Source: Amoebidium appalachense
Lineage: Eukaryota > Protista > Ichthyosporea
Assembly (NCBI GenBank): GCA_963693365.1
Contig: CAVNZM010000015.1
Coordinates: 4,781,502 to 4,845,501, forward strand
DNA: 64,000 bases
Direction of reading: 5' to 3'
Made by a program: the position numbers and the translations under genes
Notes under the pieces: generated by a model
What the model saw: only the letters and a program-made list of their open reading frames with translations
Told to the model about the DNA's origin: nothing
Database searches by the model: none
Shown here: positions 39,632 to 55,753 of the stretch, one piece after another
Layout of the letters: each line of letters opens with the position of its first letter
How positions within the stretch are numbered: the stretch's first letter is position 1

Positions 39632-40497
39632 CCCCACAAGAAGGTTCCCAGCTCCCGTTTGGTCATTGGTGGTTTTTGTATGTTTGGGGGTTGTAATGTC
39701 TGTGCTTACATGGTTGCTACTCTGCTTTCAACCACGGCCTTTCCTCTTACTCCCCAACTAGAAGGTATTTGGCCTTAATTCATTGACTGTTGTGTGTGTT
39801 TTTATTTTTGTTGTTTTTAGACGTTTTTGCTTCCATGGTTGCCACCCCTCTCATGCAGGTGTTCTTCCCTGCCCTCCCCCCCCCCCCGTTACCCGCCGGC
39901 GTAACATAACTCGGACTATCGGTTTAGCTTTTTTCAAGCCCAAAGCAATGGGTGATACGATATTTCCGGGGGCATAGCTTTCCGTTCGAAGACGATAAAG
40001 TTCCGCCCTAGTAAGCGTGTTACTACCCTGCGGCGTGGGTCAAATCTCATATTTTCCCCTCTGATTGCGAATTCTGCGGCCTTCGGGACTTTATTCTTTT
40101 CAGCTGGTGTAGTATGTTAGCCAGGGAAGTATCGACTTAGCTATCGACGGGGGAGCTTCCTAGAAGCCCCGTCTCCTGAGTTCCTATCTATATTTTTCTT
40201 GCTTCTGCTTTCTGCTGCAACTTTAACCCCCGGCCTTTCCCACTGCCCTTGCCTGCATAAGCAACCCTGCTCGTCTCTGATCAAGACGGGTGACCTACCC
40301 ATGTTCAAGTGAAACAGTATCTGAGTTGGGTTTCGTTAACGAGGTGAATAGGTCGAAACTCGGGTACTGTGGATGACGTGGGCCCCCCCCGAGGATGGGC
40401 TCTGCTTATTATGCATACTCTTTATGTATGGCTTGCATTCTGCATCGTGTTATCCGTTTGTTCTTGTGTACTTCGTACTTTTTGACAAATTCAAACG

Positions 40498-40547
<50 letters not shown>

Positions 40548-40729
40548 ACCACCACCACCACCACCCACGCACCCCCTCCACACACACACACACACACCCA
40601 TTCCCCCCTCACCCCCCTTTGGCCTACACCCCATCTCCTCCTTGCCTTGTCCTCCAACAAAATACGTTTTCCTTTTTGCTCTGCCCCTTTCCCTCCCCCC
40701 CCAGGTTCTTGCTATCCTTCCTCCCTCCC

Positions 40730-40767
<38 letters not shown>

Positions 40768-41068
40768 CGCCCACACCCTCCCCTTCCTCATCCCCTCCAA
40801 AAAAGAAGAGATCGGAGAACGAATTATGTATTCCTCCTTTCACGTTGCGGCACAGTGCTTGGCAAGACACACGATTTGTGTTAGTCTGGAGCTTTCTTCT
40901 CCAACTTACATAAGTTGTTAGGCATCCCCTGACACCCAACAACCAAACGAACACGAGCACTCTCATCCTCTATTACCCCATGTATCATATACCCGTCTGG
41001 CTATCTGTTTGTCTATTGTCTATATATGGCTATCAACCGTGATACTAACTGTCTGTATACTCGACAGA

Positions 41069-41137
<69 letters not shown>

Positions 41138-41149
41138 ACACACACGACA

Positions 41150-41186
<37 letters not shown>

Positions 41187-41218
41187 ACACACGTACACAC
41201 ACACGTACACACACGACA

Positions 41219-41289
<71 letters not shown>

Positions 41290-41433
41290 AGGGTGGGTAC
41301 AGCTGCCTTCAACCCCGCATTGGACCTACCCATCTGCTCCTTTCTGCCCCCAATCACGTTGCTCCACGGAACTGCTGATATGAGGTTCGTGGTGACTCCC
41401 CGCCCCCCCCCCCCCCCCCCCCCCCCCCCTCCC

Positions 41434-41480
<47 letters not shown>

Positions 41481-41901
41481 CACCCAGCCTCTGGGGTATT
41501 TCATGTCGTGTTCTCTGTTCTTTTTCCGTCGCCCTGCAATGCATACACCACCCCGTTGCTCGGAAGACTTGGGTGTCAACACACATTTTCACACGGAAAC
41601 ACAGATGCATGCACACACGCAAAGATACACCACCACTTTTCACCTCCTATCGTTGTTCCTATGCATGCATGTACAATTTTTCTGTCTTTTTCGCATCCTT
41701 GTACGCTGTACAGCTTATCCCCCCTCCCCCTCCATGCCCCTCGCCCCCCGCCCCCCAGCCCCAACCTTTGTGATGGTACCCTGCACCTGCACCTTGTGTG
41801 TGCGCACGGGTGTGCTTGTAGGTGTGTGTGTATGTACATGCCCCGTTTGTCTCGGCGTTGTGTCAGGATGGATGGGGGTGATGGGGATCGTGGTGGTTGG
41901 T

Positions 41902-41934
<33 letters not shown>

Positions 41935-42946
41935 GCGAGAGAGACAGAATGAGAGAGGGATAGAGAGAGAGAGAGAGAGACAGGGAGAGAGAGAGTCTCT
42001 TGAAGAGAGAGAGAGTGAGAGACAGTGAGAGAGTGAGAGAGAGAGAGAGACCGAAAGGGAGAGAGACAGAGAGAGTGTGAAAGGTGGAGGGAGAGAGAGA
42101 AAGAGAGAGGGAGAGAGGGAGAGAGAGAGAGAGCAAGTGAACGAGAGAGTTGGGCAAGGACTCACACGTACACGTTGTCACAGCATCCCACACAAGTCCA
42201 CGGAGGACTTTGCACAGGCACTGCAGCGTGCAGGCATCCACGCACACGTCAAATACTACCAGGGCAAGACACACACAGGTAAGAACACGTTGGGATGTTT
42301 GGCCTGCGGATATGGTCTTTGTGCTTACCTGGTTGGCTTGTTTTTCGACTCTTTACCTTTTTTTACATCTTCCTCCTTCCCTCCCCACCCTCCCCCCTCT
42401 CCCCTGCCGTTTCCAGGAATTTGCAATCAATCTACCCCCCCCCCCCCCCCCCCCCCCCGGTAATCTGGATCTTACCTCCCTCCCCCTCTCCCCCGTGCAA
42501 CTCGCAATGTGCCCCACCTCCCTTGTAATCCACAACTAACCCCCCCCCCCCCCCCCCCCTCCCTCCCTCCCTCCCTCCCTCCATCCCTTCTTTCCCCCCC
42601 CCCCCCCCCCCCTCCCCCTGCCCTTCCCTTCCCCCCACTTCCCCCCCCCCCCTCCCCCCCCCCCCCCCCCCCCTTCCTTCCCTCCCTCCCTCCTTCCCTC
42701 CCTCCCTCCCTCCCTCCCTCCCTCCCTCCCTCCCTCCTTCCCTCCCTCCTTCCCCACAGACCCTATCATTGAAGATCCCATAGGAGGAGGCTATGACCAG
42801 CTCGTGATGGACATCTACACCATAGTGAGAAGTGGGGGGGATCTGTGCAGTAATAACCCATGCACTACACCAGCTGCTACCCCCCTGGGCTCCATGCATG
42901 ATTTGTTTGCGACCCAACCTGCTACCGGTTCCCCTGGTCCTCTGAG
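35120..42946 (+). CDS. Isoprenylcysteine alpha-carbonyl methylesterase (ICME/PCME)-like alpha/beta hydrolase; 9 exons mapped, terminal exon unresolved
   Basis: Exons 35120-35499, 36023-36215, 36669-36713, 37456-37558, 38504-38631, 39235-39365, 41292-41384, 42184-42278 and 42760-42946 join in frame across GT-AG introns. Motifs [48 protein letters not shown] (Ser), [21 protein letters not shown] (Asp), YQGKTHTD (His). Confidence 0.9.
37587..37880 (+). repeat. Two copies of ~100-bp module R1 in ICME intron 4
   Basis: 37587-37683 and 37779-37880 are similar to each other and to 25928-26020. Confidence 0.75.
37949..38160 (+). repeat. Repeat family A, 5'-truncated decayed copy
   Basis: CAAGTTAAGCATTATGTGAGTTTGGTTGCGTATACGATCTGAAAAGGGTCCAAACCAGGGTAC aligns nearly without gaps to 40306-40367, and is followed by the shared GAGGATGGGCTCTGCTT module. 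Confidence 0.8.
39721..39766 (+). repeat. Intronic duplicate of the last 44 nt of ICME exon 6 plus its GT donor
   Basis: 36 of 44 positions identical to 39322-39365, no indels, followed by GT at 39765. Confidence 0.85.
39888..40497 (+). ncRNA. Candidate structured RNA / SINE-like element (repeat family A, longest copy) in ICME intron 6
   Basis: Multiple nested complementary segments with G-U pairs on the + strand and two crossing helices. Partial copies at 37949-38160, 26053-26166 and 62875-62975. I could not match it to a known RNA family by eye. Confidence 0.5.
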
Positions 42947-43491
42947 GTGAGTGTGAATCACACAATCGTTTTATTCTTTGTGTGTGCTTTGCACTCTGCA
43001 TTGTGCGTGAAATTACCATCATGGATGTGTACTTCATATTCTCATAGGGCTAAATAGTGATAACGCCGGGATGGGTCCGGGAATCGGATAAACTGAATCT
43101 GATGGGCTGATTGGATCCGTAATTCCACTTTAAAAAGTTTGAGCCGTCTGATTGGATCTGCAATTCCACTTTAAAAAATTCCTCATTTTTTGGATTGTGG
43201 CTAGTTCGCCAGTCTGAGATGTATAACCCATTCAAAACCCCAACTTCCACCACCACCACTACCGCAACCTGTGTGCATGTGTTTTCAATTACGCTTGCAC
43301 ATGCACAGAAGCGCGCGCACACTTTTGCGTCCACTTGCCTTGACAAGCAGGCATACATGCAAGTAGCAATCACATGCAGACGTTGCAGAGGCCTACGCAC
43401 ACACACGCCCCTCACACACCTACACACGCACGCACAATTTGACGCCACACACCACCACACCACCTCCTACGCACATGGATTTCCCTTCTCC

Positions 43492-43543
<52 letters not shown>

Positions 43544-44755
43544 ACACACACGAACACATCGTTGCCACCTTAGGAGATGAATAAATATAAAAAAAAGGGT
43601 CTGCATTTCGGTCTCGGCAAATTGATTCAATTTGATAAACCGCTGCTACCTAGTCACAGACATTTGCAGAATCCGGCGCTTGATTGCTCGCCGCCCATAT
43701 GCCAAAATTGTAGATGCGGAGGTAAAACTTGAAATGGGCCAACCAAATCAATCCACTAATTTTTCTTATTTCCGTTAATTTTTCAGTGCCGCCGAGACCC
43801 GCCGCGTGCGCCAGCGACTGCGGCAGCCACCCACCTCCCGCACCTCCGAACCACCCCCATGCCGCAATGTCGATCCACGTGATTTTGGGTTCCAGCCGAC
43901 AAAACCCATGGCTCCACTCTTTAACATCAGGCAGGCACGCAGGGTAAACCCTTTCTGATTTTCTGATGGGCGGGTGTTATCGTTTCGAACTTTGAATGTT
44001 TGTTGGGTGGGGTGGGTGGGGTGGGTGGGTGATGGGGTGCGAGGAGGGGTGGGAGTGGTGGTGGGGGGGATGTGTACTTGTATGATACGAATGAGGATTA
44101 ATGCCTTGTGTGCATATATGCGATAGGTAGTGAACGTATACGTAGGGGAGCCTAAACGGTTTGGTTTAGAATGATTGCAACTATTGATAGAACGAAGATT
44201 TCTAGTAAGTACATAGAAAGTGGTCTAGGTAATATGTTTGGTTTACACGGTCTATCTTCCACCATTGTATGGTTGGCACTTGTGCTTTGATCATAATCAA
44301 CCTCGTTATGCCGATTGGAGATGTAATGTATGTGTTGTGATTGAATCTTCATGGTTCGTATTTTAGCATATATGGATGTTCGGTCGTTTGAGGTTTTAAA
44401 TTAGGCTCATGTAGAATCATTTTGCGGCTCCGCGTATGCTGAACATTTATCTGAATAAGAAAAAAACATTCCTACGGTAACTTTCTTAGTTGTGTATTGT
44501 GCTTGAAATTCAAATGTCGATCAAATCATATGTGCGCATGCATACCAAAATATTTGGGGGATCCGAAATTTCAATATGAGCGCATCTCCCCAGGGGAAGG
44601 GGGGGGGGGGGGGGGGGGGGGGGGGGGAAGGGGGGGGTCTCCCCAGAATGTGATAGGCTGGCGCGATGCTGGCTGCCGTTCTACGGTTCCACCACATGTG
44701 CGCATAGATGTAATTCGGAGTATATATGGAAAGGACATGATGTCTGTTTCGCCAA

Positions 44756-44825
<70 letters not shown>

Positions 44826-45429
44826 GGGGGGTCGGCAAGGGGGGAAAGTTTGCAATGCGCATGCATTAGAGGGACGTGGCCATATGATTCACAATTGTGT
44901 ACGTATCATGGCACGTATACTATACGTTTTTTTTAAAAGTTTACAAAAAAAAATGGAATGTATATGCAATGAAGCTCGTACAACGCTGTGTCGGGTACCA
45001 AGCTCAGTTTGTTCGCAATGGAGGATCCGGCAGCAACCCAAAGAAAACACACGACAAGGCTGCCAGTATAGGATGCATGCAAACACAGAGGCTAATGCGC
45101 AAACATTTGGAAGAGCAATTGCAAGAAAACGAGAGTTTGCCCGTTCGCACGCTTAATTTGAGCGGCCGATTTTGAGAAGTTCCCTACCCAAAACACAGAA
45201 ACAGGAAAGGCGTTTGTGGTGGGTGCACGTGGGTGGATGGGTGGTGGTGTGTGTGTGTGTGTTGGGGGGGGGTTTCTAGCCAGTTATTATAGCGTACGAA
45301 AGAGCGTATTTGCGGCTTTATGAACACCATATTTCGCTGAGCTTCATGGTTCCCAATCCCGCGGCCAAGTCCTCCCTCCCCCCCCCCCCCCCTTTTTTTT
45401 TTGTGCGTGTGTGTGGTGGTGGTGGTGGT

Positions 45430-45476
<47 letters not shown>

Positions 45477-45971
45477 AGACCACACACGATCATAGTATTA
45501 CATATTTTCGTCCGTGTGTTTTGCATTCGGCAGGCAGGACCAGCCTCCCTCTTGCTGTGGCCACCCGGCAGCCACCACACCACACTCACTTCATGCATAA
45601 AACCAGCCTAAATCATGCAGTGAAATATGCAAATTTTCTGGTGCAACCCGGGCAAATCTATGAGATATCAGCCCGTCGTGAGCCAGTACTGGCATTCATC
45701 CCTTTGCCTCACCGAAAAACCCAAAAATCCAAATCGAAAAAACGAAGAAAAATAACAATGAGAACATCAAAACTTGAAAAGAGAAAGGAAACCATACAAG
45801 GAAAAAAATATTGAGGATAGTCTAGAAAACAGAGAATTAATTGGGCAGACCAGAGTCAGTCTGCTCCAAGTCGAGCCATGAGCATAAATTACAGCCAGAC
45901 TAGATATGCACAAGACGGGATAAAACCCCTCGGCTATCCATATACACATATCCTTACACTGCTTGGACACT

Positions 45972-49583
<3,612 letters not shown>

Positions 49584-49809
49584 TTTTTTTTTTCTAATGA
49601 AGAGTCAAACAAGAGAAAGGTAAAAAGGCCTGCTGTCTGTGTGTGTGGTGACGTGTGCGTGTGCGCGTGTGACACGACACACGAGGCTTTGCACTTTGTT
49701 GGCTCACGGTTCGAATCTTGACTGCGGGTCAAAACCTTTTACTAGACCGACCCGAAAGCAGATTTGCACAGCTTTGCACTGCTCGCAGATCTCCGCGGAT
49801 CTGGCTTTC

Positions 49810-50080
49810 AACCAATCGGAGGTTTCGCAGGAAAATATTGATTGGTTCGGAGGGAACGCCGAAAACTCAAAACTGGAAACTGCGATGCGTTGGCACATAG
49901 CTAGTTTTGAAATGTCCAATCAAATCGAATAAAGCTTGAATCGCATTTACTGTAAATTCGCCAATTTTGACTCTTGAGGTAGCAGTATCCATGGGGTTTA
50001 CACACTTTTTATTGCGTGGACATTGCCGGAGGCCCAGCCACATTCGACGGCCTACTGCGTTTTCCAGCACAGCCAATCAA
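49810..50080 (-). promoter_or_regulatory. Putative TOM22 promoter (CCAAT cluster)
   Basis: CCAAT/ATTGG at about 49813, 49841, 49916, 49961 and 50073, upstream of the ATG at 49583. Confidence 0.4.
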
Positions 50081-50153
50081 ATGCAGCCAGTGACATATGT
50101 ACATGCTAGGCAACAATGAGCGCCATCGTAGTATCTGACACCCCTATTACATA

Positions 50154-50930
50154 TTATGGGTAAGCAGATGCTAGCGTCGGTAGCTCCGACAGAAAGTTAA
50201 GGCACCGGATCACAATATCATACTGTGCAGCATTAATAAGGTGATCTAGGATAGTCATCTTAAAACGGATATATTGAGGAAGAGAGGGAGAAAAGAGAAT
50301 AAAACCGCCAATAACCTCCGGTTCTAATACACTAGCTAACAGGTTGCATTTATTGATAGATATGCAGCCGCAAGTAAACCGCCCCCCACACATATTACAT
50401 ATACGAGCAGGAGACACCAGAAACCGATTACACCGCCAAGCCATAATCATCTTTGCGTTTTTACACCACACCACATTACGAATAAACGAATCTATGTATG
50501 AACGAGACTCTCTAACCGTATCCGCCATATAGGCTACTAGTAGTGGGTGTTTGTGCGGTCCTAACACCGGAAGGGACTCAACACGTAGAGTAAAAAGATA
50601 TCTATCAGCCATAGACTTGAAACTATTCATATTCACACTATGATCTAGCCGTACCTCCGGGGGGGTCGCCAGCCATTCCACATAGCGCTCGGCAATGGGC
50701 AGAGACGATGGGGAAGGGAAGAGGTACAGGGGCGAATCCGGCGGGGATGCGTGTAGCCGGAAGAGCGGGTGGTCCGGGGCACAAGCGGACAGGCGGGTGA
50801 TGTGCTCGTGAAATTTAAGGGCTAATTCGTGTACGCGTTGTGATGGTGGTGTGAGTGCGTAGAGAGAATCAAAAAGGCGTCTAGAGATAGGTGTGGAAAG
50901 ACCAGTGAGAAACATACAACAAGTATCCAT
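50154..50930 (-). mobile_element. Probable C-terminal fragment of a non-LTR retrotransposon ORF (258 aa, intronless)
   Basis: Non-repetitive ORF ending in WRCNRF...CNMCGGRF...C...TILDHLIN, resembling the post-RT Cys-rich tail of LINE-like elements of fungi and protists. No RT core is visible. Confidence 0.5.
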
Positions 50931-51470
50931 GCCTTATTCACTCATACTACATACATTGGCATGTCCTATATAGAACATGGATTGAAAAGGCATTCATTTT
51001 CATTCACCGAGTATCTATATATTTGTCAGCAGGATCCATCCATTATTCACCTACAGGACACACAGACACTGGCAAAGATTCTACATGGAACATATGTATT
51101 CACCATGCACGCCTATTTATTGCACAAGTAGAGGATCTAATATTGATTCGGGCCGCCGCATTCAGGTGTGTGCTGGCTGCCTGGGTCTTTTGCATCTCAC
51201 GGAGAGACTAAAGAAAACGTGGCAACAACTCTCCCCGGCCATCGTGATATGTATGGTCGACTTTCCCCCATGGCCGGATATTCCAAAAGGGCAGTGGCCT
51301 CCCCTGCTTGGAGAATGCTTGTGCTCTTTGCGTCATTCATCTGCATGACCCGTACGTGTGTGCAAGTCGTGTGTGCGTGCCACGCTAGTGTACTTATAAT
51401 TATGGTGTGTTTTTGAGGAGATTGAGAGATACTGCACAGAGCCTCGGGGAGAGAGAGAGAGAGAAAGAGA

Positions 51471-51504
<34 letters not shown>

Positions 51505-51605
51505 GAAGCAGAGGGGGAGAGAGAGAGAGAGAGTCTGACTGAGAGAGAGTGTGTGTGTGTGTCTGAGCTCGAGAGTGACTCGAGAGGGGGGGAAGAGAGA
51601 GAGAG

Positions 51606-51636
<31 letters not shown>

Positions 51637-51710
51637 CAGAGAGAGAGAGGGGGGGAGGAGAGAGAGAGAGAGAGAGAGAGTCTGAGAGAGGGGGGAGGGG
51701 AGAGAGAGAG

Positions 51711-51755
<45 letters not shown>

Positions 51756-51789
51756 CCGATCTCGGGGAGAGAGAGAGAGAGAGAGAGAG

Positions 51790-51826
<37 letters not shown>

Positions 51827-52043
51827 AATTAGAGAACTGGAGGGAGGGAGAGAGAGAGAGAGAGAGAGGAGGAAGAGAGCGAGAGAGAGAAAGAGAACTT
51901 GAGACAGACAGAGAGGGGGGAGGGGGGGGGGGGGGGGGGGGGAGAGGAGGGGGCAACGCGAGAGAGAGAGAGCGAGAGACATGGACAGTGTATAATGTGT
52001 GTGTGCGCAAGCGCGCGCGCGTGTATGTGTGTGCGTGCGTGCG

Positions 52044-52107
<64 letters not shown>

Positions 52108-54231
52108 CGCGTGCGTGTGCGTATGGCACGTCATATTTTGTCGGCTTGTACGATGATCCCATTGAACGTGATGTAGCTAGTACTATAGTGGTGGCACCAG
52201 GCCCTAATAGCTTATGATCTCTTGAATTGTTGATTTTGAAAACTTTCGCGTACACTTGCGGTTGGAAGGGGGTTGAGGGAGGTCGCCATATGAGGGATAG
52301 TAGCAAACGCCTCGGCGGCACGTGCCGGAGGCCCCAGGGGGAGGGAGGGGGTGGGAAGGGGTGGAGGGGAGGAGAGGGGCAGGGGGGGGGGAGGTGGCGG
52401 AGCAGGATCATAGTGAAGGCGGCCACGGTGAACACTGTATAGCTAACTATCATACATGCTTTTTCTGCCGAGATACCAAGGGGTGTTGAGAGGGCCCGGG
52501 GGAGAATCCTGCAGGTTCTTGCTCTGTGGTTGGAGGGGAGGGGGGAGGGAGAGGGGGAGCCTCGAGGGAGGCTGGGGGAGTGGGGGAGGGCTAGCTATTA
52601 GTGTAAGCAAGCATCATCCGTAGCTTTTTGTGACAGGAAATATCATAGGATACCATCATCATAGTATGCCCCCCTGGGTTAGTGCTGTCTGTTATGGCGG
52701 GACCTGGGTCGTGATTGCAGAGTGTATGAGTTGCGCCGCGGCGATCATATTCTGTACACACGATATCATAATAATGTCGATTTTGGGGTGGTTGTTGCGC
52801 AATGGGATTGAAGCCGAGTGCTAAACCATTAAAATCATCATAGTATGCCGCCATGTCTTCAAGTTGATACTTACGCAGACTCGACGGCCCCCCCCCCCCC
52901 CCCCCCCCCCCTCTCTCCCCCCGCTCCTGTAAACTGTCAGCGGCCGCGGGGGGGAGGGGAGGGGGTGGGGTCCCCCTCTTCCCACAATTTACTGTGTTCT
53001 CCCCCTTGCTTGAAACTTTCAGATCCAAAAAGGCCTAGTTTATTGGCGCATCAGCTCGTGGGGGATAGTATGGCCAAATCGCACATCATACGATATGATA
53101 AATAGTATTGCCAAGTTTCATACTGAAAGTGTATCCGGGGGGGGGGACCACTGACCGTCACATGGCACTGTGATCCAAATTTATGTGGGTGTGCCCCTCC
53201 CCCCCCCCCCCCCCCACCCCCACCCCCCTCCCCCCCCCCCCCCCCCCCCCCCCAAAAAGTTATTGCTCTGCCTCCCCCTCCCCCTCCTAGTCACTGATCT
53301 TACTCGGGCAGCTACTTGTCATCTGTCTATTCTAACCGTTTGCATATGATTCTAGTTTTCCCCCCTAGAACCTCCTAAACAAGCAAAGGACTCAACCCGA
53401 TAACGTGAAAAGGAATCGGTCTACCAAGAACGGTTCGGTCGCTTGCAAGATACATAGCAGGTAGATCGAGGGTAGGGCCTAGAATCTTAAGGCTCCTCGA
53501 TCGCAGGGTTTGTTATCTTATCTTTACTTCCCCCCTCCCCCCAGGCGTGGGGCCCTCTGCCCCGTGGCGGAGAATGGTGCAGAAATTTTCCGGGGGGAGG
53601 GGGGGGGGGGGAAGGGGGGAGGGGGGGGGGGAGAGAGAGAGAGAGGGAGGGAAAGGGGCGGGGAGGGAGGGGAGGGGGGGGAGAGGGGAGGGGGGGGGGG
53701 GGGGGGGGGGGGGGAGGGGGGAGGGGGAGAAGGGGGAGGAAGGGGGTGGGATATGTGTTTGCGTCCGTGCACGTAACACTGCCTGCACTCCATGAAACCA
53801 TGCTGCTTCTAATATCACAGTATACACTGGCCAGAGCGTCCAGTGCCATGTGGGCAGGTGCTATGCAATTATTAAAAAGCACATGTCGTGGCATTGTGCA
53901 AGCATGTCATTTCTGTTATCTCAAAACGCGTGCTCGATATAGCCAAATTTCAATAATCGCACGTGTTTTTTCAAATCTCCGTTTTATTGTCTTTTTCGCA
54001 CCGAATGTTTTTTTTGGCCATGGGGTTTTGAGAACCATTCGATCAAGTACCGTTGGGGCATAAGTTGGGATGCGATTTGGGTTTTTAGTGCACGCACGTG
54101 GCATGTACGCACGCAAACAATCACACCGGCACACACCGTGTCCACACACACACACACCGTGTCCACACACACACGCGCGCGCGCGGACACACGCACACAC
54201 ACAAACACACACACACACACACACACACATA

Positions 54232-54286
<55 letters not shown>

Positions 54287-54299
54287 GGAGGGAGACACA

Positions 54300-54398
<99 letters not shown>

Positions 54399-54523
54399 GT
54401 GACACACACACACTATATGCACACAAACATTTTTTGAAACAAACAAACATACATACAAACACGTGTGTATGCGCGCACACACTGTCACACACATGCACAC
54501 AGGCAACACACCGCGCGCGCGCG

Positions 54524-54607
<84 letters not shown>

Positions 54608-54887
54608 ACACACAAACACAACCCGTGGTACAGGTATACAAAAGCCACACGTACTGTGCACGTACACACAGACATGCACACACAAGGCCTTACACACATT
54701 CGCACCCAAAAAGGTATATTGGGAAGTTAGAACCTTAGCCCCCCCCCCCCCCCCCCCCCCCCCCACCCCTTCCCCATCCCCTCTCCCCCCCCCCCCCCCC
54801 CCCCCGTTATCTATTTCTTTCCCAGGCTCGGTAGCCCCTAGAACCTTAATAATATCTTAAATCCCAAAATTCTAGCGCTACATACGT

Positions 54888-55059
54888 TATAGGTGAAACT
54901 TTAGTATCTTTTCACAGTTGACGTGTACCTAAACCCACACATTCCCTTGCCATGGTCAATCCGTAGGCGCATGGGGTGTGCATACTCGAAAATTCCAGCC
55001 TGATATGTTTCTATGTTAGGAAGAGATGAAGAGAAATTTTGGTAGTACTACATAAACAC

Positions 55060-55141
<82 letters not shown>

Positions 55142-55298
55142 CCCCACGATATCTGAACATAAATAGGTGATTTATCTTCTTACAGTTGACGTGTGCCTAA
55201 ACCCACCATTTCTCTTGCCATGGTCATTCCGTAGGTGCAGGGGGTGTCCATATTCGCAAATTCCAGATATGTATCTATGTTAGGAAGTGATGAAGGGG
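54888..55298. repeat. Direct repeat of ~140 bp separated by a (CA)n tract
   Basis: ATAGGTGA...ACAGTTGACGTGT.CCTAAACCCAC...CTTGCCATGGTCA.TCCGTAGG...CTATGTTAGGAAG.GATGAAG at 54888-55035 and 55163-55298. Confidence 0.9.
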
Positions 55299-55575
55299 AA
55301 AAAAAAGTTTTCATGAAATTAAACTTTGAAAAAGTAGGAATATTAGTACATAGAGATATAGTCCTAAGGGGATGGGGACAGGCCCTGGGGAGGCGTGAGC
55401 ATAAACCCGAGTGTCGACGTGCACTTAGTCTAATCTTACGGTATATGTTTTTTTTAAGTTTTTCGGCACATGGCATATGTGCGCATGAGCTTATGTCAGG
55501 CCCTCCTAGTGGCACTACAGTGTTCAATCTTCGACTGGTGATGGCCGAATTTGTTCTTGAAGTTGAAACGTTCCG

Positions 55576-55609
<34 letters not shown>

Positions 55610-55753
55610 GGGGGGAGGGGGGGAGGGAGGGGGGGGGGGGGGGGAGGGAGAGGGGGGAGGAGGAGGGGGAGAGGGAGATGGCCATCTGCTCGAAGGGGGG
55701 GGGGGGACCCCCCCCCAGGCCCCAACTACATCGGCAGTCAACTTGCATAAAGC

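Noticed and set aside
40070-40200. U2 snRNA (TTCTGCGGCCTT...GTGTAGTAT and a U-rich Sm-like tract)
   Set aside because: Spacing is wrong, and GCTAAGATCAA and the ATCTGTTC continuation are missing.
39900-40330. Group I intron, lariat-capping ribozyme, RNase P/MRP or telomerase RNA
   Set aside because: Only isolated short matches. No GACTA/TAGTC P7 pair, no CR-I/CR-V in the right order and no CCCTAA template.
42947-45971. Terminal ICME exon candidates (43048 RAK*, ~43654-43777, NPF-containing frame near 43225)
   Set aside because: Several acceptors are possible and none gives a clear family C-terminus. Needs RNA-seq.
49700-49735. tRNA gene at GGTTCGAATC
   Set aside because: The T-stem does not pair, there is no acceptor stem or A-box, and it lies in the TOM22 upstream region.
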